A program made the position numbers and the translations under genes. A stretch of DNA of 62,979 nucleotides, counting the filler, from Basidiobolus ranarum (lineage: Eukaryota), in NCBI GenBank assembly GCA_040143965.1. It is 6 parts of 6 records of this genome, joined end to end, with 100 filler letters (N's around TTAATTAATTAA, not from the genome) between each part and the next. Parts side by side here need not be neighbours in the genome. Positions count along the whole stretch, not along the records: positions 1 to 10,451 come from JASJQH010000705.1; positions 10,552 to 20,976 come from JASJQH010000706.1; 4 more parts are not named here. One strand, written 5' to 3'. Positions 1 through 13,384 of this stretch are shown here, in pieces (within the stretch, counting starts at the first letter, position 1; each line of letters opens with the position of its first letter). Under the pieces are notes generated by a model that saw only the letters and a program-made list of their open reading frames with translations, was not told where the DNA came from and did not search any database.

Positions 1-176
1 CTGTAGTGCAGCATTGGACTTGGAAGAGTTCTTAGTGAGAGGCTTGCCAACACCAACGCTGTTCTCGTCGGTGGCAGTTCTCCTCATAGAAGCACGGGTC
101 TAATGTGTAATAAAGGGTAATCAATAAATTGTATGGAAATTATTGAATTGCCAATAGTTACTACCTGAGCGAACAT
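1..176 (-). CDS. 5' end of a spliced gene cut by the window edge; N-terminus MFAQ|TRASMRRTATDENSVGVGKPLTKNSSKSNAALQ, possibly an A/B-type cyclin N-terminus
   Basis: ATG at 176, 12-nt exon 165-176, GT..AG intron 100-164, then exon 1-99 open to the edge. Not in the ORF track. The product guess rests only on the R-rich/DEN low-complexity N-terminus. Confidence 0.5.
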
Positions 177-1190
177 AATAATGCTGATATGTGATGTGGA
201 ATGGCAATATATTAGGCAAGATATCTAATTCTTGTACTACCAATATACAAAAAGATGGTAAATGAACACCGGATTGGATGGTGAATTTGATGATGTAAAG
301 ACCGCACAATTGTTGCGAAATGGGGCCTTGTATGGATACTTTATATCATTTGTCAAAGTGTAGGGGTTAAGTGGAATTACAAACGTTGATTGGCTAGACC
401 CTCGACTTTTTGGTTGTTTTGTTTAGTATCACATCTGTTGAACCCTGTGGGATTGTGAGATGCTGGTTTATTGTTATCTTTCCCGACCGATTCCAGAATC
501 CAAGGGTCAATGTACCCTGGATATGCACCCTATACCAATAACGTGTATACAGCTTCATCATCTCTACCTAGCTTTCACCAAGTAAATTCACTCCTGGGTA
601 ATCAATACTATAAATGACCGTAAAGATACCCTGATCTTGCCATTTCCTTTCTACCTTTCAATGATCCGCATGATTATCATTTTTGCATTCAATGAACACA
701 GTTCAACTCTCCTTAAATGGTTGTTTGGCATAGAGTCAGCCAGTAAAAGCATCGGTTACTCAGCATATTGCACAGCAGAGCAAATGAAAACCATGACTGT
801 TATGTCCAGCAGTTATTTAAATTAAAAACAATGATTTCGACGCCTTTAATGAAGCCCTCTTTCTTAATAGTCATGCATACATGCTCTGGATCGTAGTAAC
901 TAGGATAGTAACAGCAATGCTAGTGAGTTGCTTTAGTTAATACACTTTTGAATCCAAGTGATTATCATGGTGCCTTTCGTTGTATCAAAATCAATATATT
1001 TATTAGTAATCTATACAAGCAGGCAGGGGTTAATCCACGTTTCAATTGACCTTGAAGCTTTGTCTATGCTCTCAAGGCAAGAGCCCGCTTAAACACATTC
1101 TAAAATATCAATGTAGACAATAACTCAAGTGTGTTTAGCATGAGTAAGCCATAACTGGGTTCGAAGGTTTCATTGGAGCAATCCTCTCAT

Positions 1191-2594
<1,404 letters not shown>

Positions 2595-3123
2595 TTAACA
2601 TGAATCATAATTCCTAATTTTCAAAAAAAAGTGAAAAACAGTAGTATACTATAATTGGATCTTTTTAGTCAAATGATTATAGTGGATGATAGCGATTTCT
2701 CCATTAAAGCTTAATTTTCCCTCTACCCTATGGCAGTAGATTCATTAGGCAACAGCCCAATGTTTGGGTGAAGCTCTAGAAGGGAACTGATTGATATTGT
2801 TGGTAACTGCATTTCTTCCCCGCATTAAATGCCTTATGGCCCATCAGCAGTGGCACATCTCTAGGGGCATCATTGGCATCACTTTTTTCGTTTATTTATG
2901 GTTTATTCATACTAAATATATGTAATAAAGAAAATAAAAATCAAGAAATAATATTCCTTTCAAGTAGAAACAAATGAAAAAAATGCAAAACATGAGAATG
3001 TTAGTAAATCAGTCATAAACATACCGAAGAATTGAAAAGTTGATGCAATTTGTTATGAAATAATTGTAAATTTATGGAAAGTTTTCTCAAGTGGAATTCA
3101 CCTTCACAAAGGAAAGCTCTTAT

Positions 3124-4173
3124 TTAACGTCTTTCTCTAGGTTTAATAACATACTTATTGGGCTTGGTTCTGGTCTTTCCACCCTTGGCAGGCTTACCCC
3201 AAGGTGAGACTGGGTGACGATTACCCTTAGATTTACCACGACCACCACCGTGTGGATGATCACAAGGGTTCATGGCCATACCACGAACTGTGGGTCTCCA
3301 ACCTCTCCAACGTCTAGCACCAGCTTTACCTAAGATCTGATGTTGGTGATTGGGGTTGGAGACTACACCAATGGTAGCGATGCAGTCGACATGAATGCGA
3401 CGTACTTCGCCCGATGATAAACGAACTTGAGCATAGCCAGTTTGTCCAGTAGCCATTAACTGACCGTAAGTACCTGCGGAACGGCACATCAAACCTGGTC
3501 CAAAAGGTACCAAACCGATGCAATGAATGAGTGAACCGACTGGAATCATCTTCAATGGCATGCAGTTCCCACGTTCAATGGACACAGTTTGAGTAATATC
3601 GGCATGTTGTCCATGGTCGGGCGTCGGTGGTTTACGGTAAGATTGAACAATATCTCCTGGTTGAACCTTGTCTGGGGCGACAATATACGAAAGTTCTTCG
3701 TTCTTAAGGTTCTTAAGTAGAGCAATCCAAGCGGTACGTCCAGGATCATATTCAAGACGAACTACTTCGTGAGCCCCAGGCTTTGTACGTTGCCAATCCA
3801 AAATACGAATACGACGTTTGTGGCCTCCACCACGGTGACGAACAGTAATACGTCCAGTATTGTTTCTACCACCCTTCTTACGTTTGGCAACGGTAAGCTT
3901 ACGGATGGGACGTCCTTTCCAAAGATGATCTCTTAACACCATTCTCTTGAAACGTAAACCAGGAGTAATAGGCTTCCAAGTTTTGAACTGCCCATCCTTG
4001 CGGACAACAGCGAACCCTCTTTGTTGGAACAAAGCAAGAGGATTGCTCATGCTAAGACGAGCGGTTGGCGCAAGTGCGGAGGGGATACGTGGGGAACATA
4101 CTCTAGCAAGGAATGAGGTTCTAAGAGCAGGCTTTAAGGCCAAAGAGGCCAGGCTAGTAGGGAAAAGAGGCAT
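3124..4173 (-). CDS. RML2: mitochondrial ribosomal protein uL2m
   Basis: uL2 motifs GGRNNTGRITVRHRGGGHKR, EYDPGRTA, RGMAMNPCDHPHGGG, PVSPWG. Basic, hydroxylated N-terminal presequence. First ATG at 4173 (the track starts at an upstream TTG). Confidence 0.95.
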   Translation of the reverse strand: MPLFPTSLASLALKPALRTSFLARVCSPRIPSALAPTARLSMSNPLALFQQRGFAVVRKDGQFKTWKPITPGLRFKRMVLRDHLWKGRPIRKLTVAKRKKGGRNNTGRITVRHRGGGHKRRIRILDWQRTKPGAHEVVRLEYDPGRTAWIALLKNLKNEELSYIVAPDKVQPGDIVQSYRKPPTPDHGQHADITQTVSIERGNCMPLKMIPVGSLIHCIGLVPFGPGLMCRSAGTYGQLMATGQTGYAQVRLSSGEVRRIHVDCIATIGVVSNPNHQHQILGKAGARRWRGWRPTVRGMAMNPCDHPHGGGRGKSKGNRHPVSPWGKPAKGGKTRTKPNKYVIKPRERR

Positions 4174-6598
4174 TATCAAACAGAATTACCGATGGTTTAG
4201 CTCCGGTAAAGTTATTTTCTTGTTTCTATTACAGTTAAAGAACGGCCTGTATTGTATGTGTGTCCGTTGCCCCGAGAAAAAATGAATATTAACTCGATGT
4301 GAAACGGGCAAAAATAGATACGTGAAAGTATGTGAGAGCTCTAAGACGCAGGGCGCTTGTTGAACACGGTGAGCTGTGCAAAGACTTGAATGAGATGAAA
4401 TCAAAAATTTTCTATGCAAGGTTCACATCAAAATTTCTCTGGGATGAAAACTTAGTTTAACCAAAAAAAATTCTCCTTATTAGGCGAGTGATGAATAAAC
4501 ACCATGTAGAAGCTCCATTGATTTACCCCAATGGAAATGGGGTTGGATTGGGAGATGTATTTAGTTATCCCATGGCATTGATCGATGTCTATTTTTTAGT
4601 ACATGTGAAATTAATATAGTAAAAAACTCATCAAGGTGTACTTAACACACCATTGCTTTGCAAAATGTAAAATATATTTAATAAAGGTATATTTGCGAAG
4701 TCGTAATTGAGCACAAGAACTACACGAGTGAAGATATAGTTGAAATTTATAATGTAGTGCAAGTAGTATTCGAATTATTCATAGACGTTTTTATTAGATG
4801 CCAACTCGTTTTCTCAAGCCACAGCACCTCATTTATAGTTGAAATTGTCTTACAAAAGGTAATATGATAGTTAGAGAGCGTAAAGATACTTTTTTGGTAT
4901 CTGCTTTTCCAGATTCTACCTGTGCTTTAAGAGAGATGATGCGTCTTGACGAGCTTTTCGTCATACTTGTCTAAACAGTTTGCTGGCTTTTGAAGCTAAT
5001 GAAAAACTCGACTTTTAGGCTCTTTCTGTTCAACCTATATAGCGAACATATTCTGATATGTAGTGTGATTAATCCTCTATCAAGACCGAGAAAGGTGACT
5101 TCAACAGTGTCAACAAGAATTGTAAATTTTTTATTGCAGCGCTAACTGTCAAGTGTGGTACCAAGACGTAATATAAACTATGGAGGCGTCATTGGGTTTG
5201 AGAGCAGACAAAGCTCTTCGTTGTCCAATGTAAAAATATCTCAACCATTTACTTAACTAGGTTTCGTTATCCGGTCAGTACTTGGTATGGAAGTCTAATG
5301 TGTTTTTTTATTCTTTTTGTGAGGCGTGAAAGAGCTTCGCTATCAGCACTAAAAAATGGAAGGTTCTGCAAGCGTTTGTCAGCCAGTTACAAGTCAGGAG
5401 AGCAGCCAGTGCTCAACAGTAATACTTTGTAGGTCTGGTCGAATATGTGTTATGACGGATTCAATCCATATTTCATCCAAAACTAATACCATTAGTCAAC
5501 CCTATTATTCTGATAATAGGTTTATTTGATGCATATTGGAAACTTGAGCAGTGATATTCTCTTCGTTATAGCCAACCATAAAAGATAAGGTCAAATTCGG
5601 ATATGCAAACACTATTCAAGTTCACTTGAGGAGTGTGTGTATCTTCCCAGTGCATCTTGTTAGTAGCCCAGCATAGTGAAGGCTTGTTACTAGATTCGAT
5701 GGGAGGTCAGATGAATCATATATTTATAGTTAATTACATGATGTATGCTATGCCTAAAATCTCTTTGCCCATTGATTTTTAAAATATTAATAGCATCTAT
5801 AGTATATTCAATCATGAGCACATGATGAACTGAACGTGTTCAGATTGTGGCTATGGTGTATTGTGAAAATTGATTACGGAGGGCTAGTTGAGAATGTCAC
5901 GTCAATAAAAAAGCAACTAGCGATCTTACTAACATTATTGCAGTGTAGGTCAAGTAAACAAAGCATGCAGGATAGTGGAAGCTTTACAGACATTGGGAAT
6001 ATTGATTGTCTGTTCATGCTTGATGTATGCCAACCCTATCATCACATGATAGCTCAATATGATTCAACACCAACGTGTGCTTCCTTATACATGATATTGT
6101 TATTGTTTTACCCAATGACAGAGCTGAATCATATTCACTAGGTGCACGATGGTTGCAACTAGGAAAGATTATTGCAAGACTAGCCTAGAGTCTTACTTGT
6201 CCAGGCAAACGTGTCCCTAGATATTGTATGATTGGACACACATTAGGAAAGGTTCGTAACGCAACCGCAATACAGTATGCGTTCCAAATATTCTCAGATA
6301 GCCTGCATCGAACGATTTTGTAATCACCGATTAGCATGTTGGCTTTCATCAAATCATTAGCTTGTAAACCATGTCATGGTATATATGATTAGGCAAATAT
6401 GACGAACTTACCTAACAATCGGTCCAAAAATGTAGCAGGCTCGAAAAGTCATATATTTATAATGCATGTCCTTATATGATCCATTTTCCTCCTGACTCAA
6501 TATAAGCAGTTGGTATCGCGCCATCATACCACTTATATCGATCTTTACTAAAAGAACAGTTATATATTAAAAGCGGAAACTTGTACGAAAAGTATACA

Positions 6599-8344
6599 AT
6601 GCCTAGCGAGCAGAATACTTGGATACCTCTTGATTGGCATTCATGGGTTTCACTTGTCGTTTTTTTTATAGTCATTGGTTTGGTTATACATCCTCTTTCC
6701 TTTCGACTTCCCTCGTCTAGATTTGTAAAACGATCCAGTCGCTTGACAATTGGTTTAGGAGCCGCACCCATTCTAGGTATTTTATTCCTTTGGGCAACGA
6801 CCTGTATTGGCTGGCAGCAAATAGTAGATGGTTTCTTGGGTCGTGAAGGAATACAGCCATACTCTATAGTTATTTTGCTTTTTGCTTTAGCCTACATATG
6901 CGTCTCACTGGATTTATCAGGAATTTTTGCCTTTTTAGCGCTTTGGGTCACAAAAAAAAGTGGTGCGAGCGGACAGTGGCTATTTTTTTATTTCTACATT
7001 CTAGCTCTAGTCCTTGCTGCTTTGACCTCGAACGATGTTGTCATTTTAACGTTCACTCCAATTCTGGTTTATTTCAGCAGAAGTGTAAATGTTGATCCAA
7101 AACCATTTTTAATGGCCGAGTTTATCGCAGCTAATACTGCCTCTATGGCGCTATACATCGGCAATCCAACCAATATTGTTGTCGCTCAGGCTTACAGCAT
7201 ATCATTCTTTCAATATAGTGCATGGATGATTATACCGTTTTTAGGAGCCTCCGTTATATCTTATATAATGTTAAGGATAGTGTTTCGTAATCATATCCCC
7301 ACCACTTTGAATGCTCCCGATGTTGTTCCAAGATCAGCCTTGATTCATCCCAAGGCAGCCATCATTGGTATTGTAATCCTATTCTCGTGTTTAATTACAC
7401 TGATAGTCACGTCTTTTTGGGAAGTTCCGGTATGGGAGGTCACTCTGCCGTTTGCTTGTATTATGCTAATTCGTGACGTTGTGGCTGATCTATTCGCGGC
7501 CCGAAAAACTGCATCGGCCGTTAAATCCTTAACGTCTGAAAACAAATCGAACATCGAAGTTGCTCCAGTTTCCGAAAATAAATCCATAAATTCATTGTCG
7601 GTCGTGGAATGTGGGGAAAAAACTCAATACGACTGCTATTCACGACGGGCTCTAAGCATGGCAGATATCGAGCAATTTGAGTTGCAAGATTACGTTGATG
7701 AGGAAGCGTTAGATGAGAACAATATTGCTTCTACGTCTGGTCCGAGAGAGGCATCAGTCAAGTCTGCACCCAATCTTACTTCTAGCATTACAAATTCCTC
7801 CAAACGAAGCAAAACCTCCAGACATAATCCGTGTCACTTAATAGCCAAATTCTCACCGACCTTGGATAGTGCAATTTCACGTATGCCATGGGCTATTGCA
7901 CCATTTGCGATCGGGATGTTTATTTTGGTAGAAGCGCTCAACCATCGCGGTTGGACAAATAGGTTTGCAGTAGCCATGATGCACATCACTCCATCTTTAG
8001 TTCCAGCAGTCTTTGCAGTGGGGGTTGTATCTACTCTGGCATGTAATCTTTTGAATAACCTTCCAATGGCTATTTTATTTGTTCGAATACTTCAAGACCC
8101 TCATTTTGTTGTGGATGAAGCGACCAAGAGGGCCTGCCTATTCGCGCTTATCATTGGAAGTAACCTTGGTGCAAATCTAACTATTATAGGAAGCTTGGCG
8201 GGGCTAATGTGGAGTGATATATTAAAAAGGAAGAATGTAGTCATCACTTACTTCACATTCTTAAAATGGAATATTGGAATCCTTCCAATTGTGCTAGTTG
8301 TCACCTGTGGTATTTTGGCCGCCGAGTTGACAATTATAGGCTAG
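6599..8344 (+). CDS. ArsB/NhaD (ion transporter superfamily) membrane permease, arsenical-pump-like
   Basis: Multi-TM protein with LTSNDVVILTFTP, ANTASMALYIGNPTN, NLLNNLP and ALIIGSNLGANLTIIGSLAGLMW, plus a central hydrophilic loop. First ATG at 6599. Confidence 0.88.
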   Translation: MPSEQNTWIPLDWHSWVSLVVFFIVIGLVIHPLSFRLPSSRFVKRSSRLTIGLGAAPILGILFLWATTCIGWQQIVDGFLGREGIQPYSIVILLFALAYICVSLDLSGIFAFLALWVTKKSGASGQWLFFYFYILALVLAALTSNDVVILTFTPILVYFSRSVNVDPKPFLMAEFIAANTASMALYIGNPTNIVVAQAYSISFFQYSAWMIIPFLGASVISYIMLRIVFRNHIPTTLNAPDVVPRSALIHPKAAIIGIVILFSCLITLIVTSFWEVPVWEVTLPFACIMLIRDVVADLFAARKTASAVKSLTSENKSNIEVAPVSENKSINSLSVVECGEKTQYDCYSRRALSMADIEQFELQDYVDEEALDENNIASTSGPREASVKSAPNLTSSITNSSKRSKTSRHNPCHLIAKFSPTLDSAISRMPWAIAPFAIGMFILVEALNHRGWTNRFAVAMMHITPSLVPAVFAVGVVSTLACNLLNNLPMAILFVRILQDPHFVVDEATKRACLFALIIGSNLGANLTIIGSLAGLMWSDILKRKNVVITYFTFLKWNIGILPIVLVVTCGILAAELTIIG

Positions 8345-10028
8345 TAGACGTTGAAAGATTTTGGTTATATGAGCATATTTTACTCGGAAGTTTGTATATT
8401 GTAAATAGTTTAATAAGATTTCAGATTCATTCCTCATCAATCGGCAGTTCCTAGTAAACTTGACTAAGCAATCCATACTCTTGTATATTTAATGTGAGTG
8501 CAATTGTTTCACAAATAATCTCTCAAATATGTTCGTTTAGATGCTCTGAGGTTTCAAAAAGTTTATTACCAAGTTCGAATTAACATCACGTCCGCCAGTA
8601 CCCAGTGTATCTAATGACAATAACTCCCTATTGCTAATGGTATGTCTCAGAATTTGCCTTCCGTTAGAAGTGTCCAAATATCCTTGAGATTGTAGCATAT
8701 CAGATGCAGTGATGTCTAAGAAGTCAATATGAGTTGTGTATACAAATGTAACAAACGTAGGTCCTTTGAATGATGACGCAGATCATTTGCTACGACGCGC
8801 ATATGTGCTCAAGGATCCCCACTTGTACTACCTCGCTTTTGAGAAGCATTGTGTTGAGTATAAACATTGATACAACTGATAATGTCTGCCCAAACCGTTA
8901 CTGGATGAATCCTTCGATGCAGAGCACTTACGAACCAATAGAGACTTGTTACAAAACTCTTTGTAGGCCGTGACGAATAGATTAGCCACTAAGTATTAAA
9001 ATGTTATGAAGACTCCAGTGGGAAGTTACAGTCTATATATCAAGCCTCAAGGGTGTCCTACACCTGTGGAATCCAGTCTATTTTCTTGCAGCAGCACCGT
9101 TAAAGCAGTTCGAGGTTTTACTGACCATCCAGATCATTGCTAGAAGACTTGACGGTACAGTTTTTGTTCAAAATGGTTGAGTGACGAAGTCCAATACGTC
9201 AGTTTATTGAGCACAATCAGACGCAGATTGTCAATTCTGAGTTTTACTTGAGGTGTACAATCCGTGCGTCGACCGGGTGTATACTTTATACGGGATCCAT
9301 CAAGAATAAAATATGTATACAATTACGTATGTTCAAGTTGGATGGAACTTTTATCCACCATCAATAGTGACCTCGATACACTACTGACAAATAGAATGTT
9401 GTTTCTCGGAACTAGTGAGGTAATATATACACAGTAACTCTGACTGTTTGGGAGGTAATCCCTTCAAGTTAAGCAGAAACACTGCTTATGTTCATATGAT
9501 CGAACCATTTAATCTATGATCAATCAACTCTGTCGTATGTCTCCGTTTTACTCCACGTTATCGTTGTTTGTAATAATTATTAGCCTTACTCTCCTTGATC
9601 ATTCCGAGAAGGTTCAGAGATTGCAGAATATGCGATAATTACCCCAATATTTCTAGATTAAAATTTACCGTAAATGAATAATCAGAGTAATAATTGGACT
9701 GGTAAATTCCAAAAGAAGAAATGGAGAACTACACATGCTGATCGTATTTCCTCTATAGTAACTGTCATATGTAACATTCTCAATGAGTCCAGTCTTTACC
9801 GTAATTTTCGGCGTGAGCATAACGTAGAGATAGTCGGAGACGAGTAAAGATGTCATACTATCACCAACATTGATCAAATTATTCATAGCAGATCAAGATA
9901 AACTATATAGGAAGATCCACTGTATTCCCGCAGCTTTTCTTCGAGTCATTCGGTATTTTAAAAATATATTAAAGCCGTGCTTCGAATTCGGGTAATGCTG
10001 AGAAACTATATAAATGTTGTTGCTTTGA

Positions 10029-10451
<423 letters not shown>

Positions 10452-10551
10452 NNNNNNNNNNNNNNNNNNNNNNNNNNNNNNNNNNNNNNNNNNNNTTAAT
10501 TAATTAANNNNNNNNNNNNNNNNNNNNNNNNNNNNNNNNNNNNNNNNNNNN
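10452..10551. other. artificial contig linker (44N-TTAATTAATTAA-44N)
   Basis: The same 100-nt spacer with six-frame stops occurs five times. Confidence 0.98.
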
Positions 10552-11468
10552 TAAAAGAAATATTTAGGTATGTGAGAGGAAGTGTAGATCTAGTTCTGGA
10601 ATACTCTGCCACTCCTGATGCATGAAATTTTGAAAGGCTACAGTGATGCAGACTGGGGAAGAAACCTTGATGATAGACAATCAACTACTGGATACACTAT
10701 TCTCTATTGTAATGGAGCCATAACTTGGAATAGTAAGAAGCAACCAACAGTAGCACTTTCCACTACAGAAGCAGAGTGTATGGCTACCTCTGCTACTATA
10801 CAAGAAGCTATGTGGTTAAGGAAGTTATTAACAGACTTACAATACATGCAAAAGTGTGCTATTACTGCATTTGAAGATAATCAAAGTTTTATTTCATTAG
10901 CTAAAAATCCTTCATTTCATGCTAGAACCAAACATAAAGATATTAGGCATCATTTTGTTAGAGAAGCAATAGAAAAAGATATAATTGAACTTGTCTATTG
11001 CGCTACTGATGCAATGATAGCTGATATCTTAACCAAACCTGTAGCTAAAGCACAATTTGAGTTATTAAGATATAAGTCAGGTTTAAGAGAAATACAACAT
11101 AATTAGTTGAGTAGGAATGTTGATATTAGGTATATAGCAACTCATTATTTAGTAGTGTATCTATTCTTAATCTGATTATTTACCACTCAATTCTGCCATT
11201 CAAAAACGTGTGTTTATTGCTTTAATTGATAGAAATATCAATTAGATCACTTTTAACAATTTTCACTATTTTCTCAAAACCTCTCCAAATCACCTCAAAT
11301 ATTCACCCATGCTTAACAGGCATCTTTGTTATGATCTAAGCACATCCAATAGTCCTATTGCATAGTAAACTGTAAATAGGACATATTCAATTTAATAAAC
11401 TTAAGTGTCTAATTCACAAATCCAAATCTTGTCCAAAACACTTCCAAATCCCCTAAACACTTTTATCA
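10552..11468 (+). mobile_element. Ty1/Copia retrotransposon 3' end: RT end/RNase H, PPT and 3' LTR
   Basis: GYSDADWG..STTGY..WNSKKQPTVALSTTEAE..HARTKHKDIRHHFVRE..MIADILTKP (stop at 11106). Purine tract TTGAGTAGGAA, then LTR TGTTG..TATCA at 11118-11468. Confidence 0.92.
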
Positions 11469-11740
11469 GTGTTGGGGTGGCACAGTCAAGATGCTCATAC
11501 ATCCTTTTATGGAATAAGGACATAAGCCTATTCTTTGACCAACTATGACTAACTCCCAGAGCAGCATATAACTACTGACTAATACTGATTGAAAAATAGA
11601 CACTACAACTGATGGCACTGTTATTATTAATCTGGGGATAAAGCTGATATATTGAGAATACTCAATGTTGCATCACTTAAGTAATACTTAAGCCACAATG
11701 TTTGACAAATCAAAATGTTCTTCCACACTATGGATGAGAA

Positions 11741-12091
11741 TGTTGAAATTAGATAAACAGCATCTCAATTTTTATTAGTGAATCTATTCTTAATCTGATT
11801 ATTTAGCACTCAATTCTGCCATTCAAAAACTTGGGCTTATTGCTCTAATTAATAAAAACTCAATTAGATCACTTGCTCCAATTTTCACTACTTTCTCAAA
11901 ACTTCTACAACTCACCTCAAGTTTTCACCTGTGCTTAACAGGCCTATTTGTTATGATCTGAGTATATCCAATAGTCCTATTTCAAGGTAAACTAAAAATA
12001 GGACCTTTTCAATTCAATCAAATTTTAATGTCTATTTTACAGATCCAAATCTTATGCAAAACACTTCCAAAATCCCTACACATTTTTATCT
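11741..12091 (+). repeat. solo LTR of the Copia family
   Basis: Full-length match to LTR 11118-11468 (TGTTG start, shared CTCAATTCTGCCATTCAAAAAC and CAAAACACTTCCAAA). Flanked by a near-perfect 5-bp TSD GAGAA/GAGCA. Confidence 0.88.
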
Positions 12092-13384
12092 GAGCATGCT
12101 CTCTTCATTCTTTCATTCTTTGGTACCAAAATTTAGTTGGTGGATCATCTTCCATAAGTCTGGCAGCTGTGAGTCTATCCCAATGGCCTAATTCTTCTTT
12201 GATTACTTGTTTTTTATCCACTAGCTGTTATGTCTGGAATGGGCATTCCCTGATAATTTTGAAAGATCTTGTTCAAGGATGTTTAAACATCTACTTGGTA
12301 CTATTTGTTAACAGTACAAAGGCTACTTTGTAATTGGTTATGAGCATCCAGTGTTGTCAAAATAAGTTTTCATTTTTGAGGTACTAGCCTCAACTCTGGC
12401 TTTTGCTGCATATCTCTGCTCAGTAAGCCTTACTTTTGCTGTGGTTTGGTTGAGTTCATCTTCCAGATGGTTGGTTAGCTTTGATTGCAATGTGTCTCCT
12501 GGAATTCCTGGGCAACATATATAGACAATGTAGAAAAGGAGTTTCTGGGCTGTACTATGTACTTTGATATAGAAGGCAAATCAGGCTAGATCAATGTACT
12601 CAACCCACTTGTGGGCTGCTGCATTGGCAAGATAAGATATCATCTTGCCAAAAAGTCCATTAAATCACTTAGTGACTCCAATGGGTCTTGTATGATTGGC
12701 AGATGTCTTCAAATGCTTGATATTTTGAAGTGCCAAATAAGTTATCAGGTTTTTTGCCTCAAAGCTAGCTTCTATGTCCAATAGGATCTCAAAGGCATTT
12801 CCTACAACACAGACTTTTCCAAGCCATAGGTGATGTCCAAGATAAGCTGTACTAAATGCTCACTCCATTGTGTCATTCTTCTTGAGTGCAACTTTTGTGT
12901 AGTAATGTATTTCAGAGTGGCTACAATATTCTTTGCAGTGGTCTTGTCCCCATCTAAGTAGCATCAGCGGACTTTGAGATAATGCATAATGGTGTGCATT
13001 TCCTTTTCATGAACTTGATAGTTTGGTTCATCAATATTTTTCTTCTTAGACTCAATGGCTCTGGATGTTCCAAAGTATCATGATTGTGGCTGAAAACTCC
13101 TCCTGTGGCATAGTCTGAGGCATTTTTAGTAAGGATGAATAGCCAGTTGAAATATGTATTCTTCAAGGTTTGTTACTTTGCTAGATCAACTTTCAAGAAT
13201 CAAAAGATTTTGCACTGACAGATTCAAGTCAAGACACTTTCTGGCTTGAGTAGTTCCAGCAATGGGGCAGATATTGGAGCCAATCCTTACAAAAAATTTA
13301 TATGAGCTTTGTCAATTCCTCTGGGAATATATCCTAATATTCCTTCAATACTTCTTGCATTATAGTCTCCTATAGGAATCTGCA

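Noticed and set aside
6599-8344. ArsB-like transporter as a recent bacterial transfer
   Set aside because: ArsB/NhaD-type proteins with a long central loop are widespread in fungi, and neighbouring native genes are also intronless.
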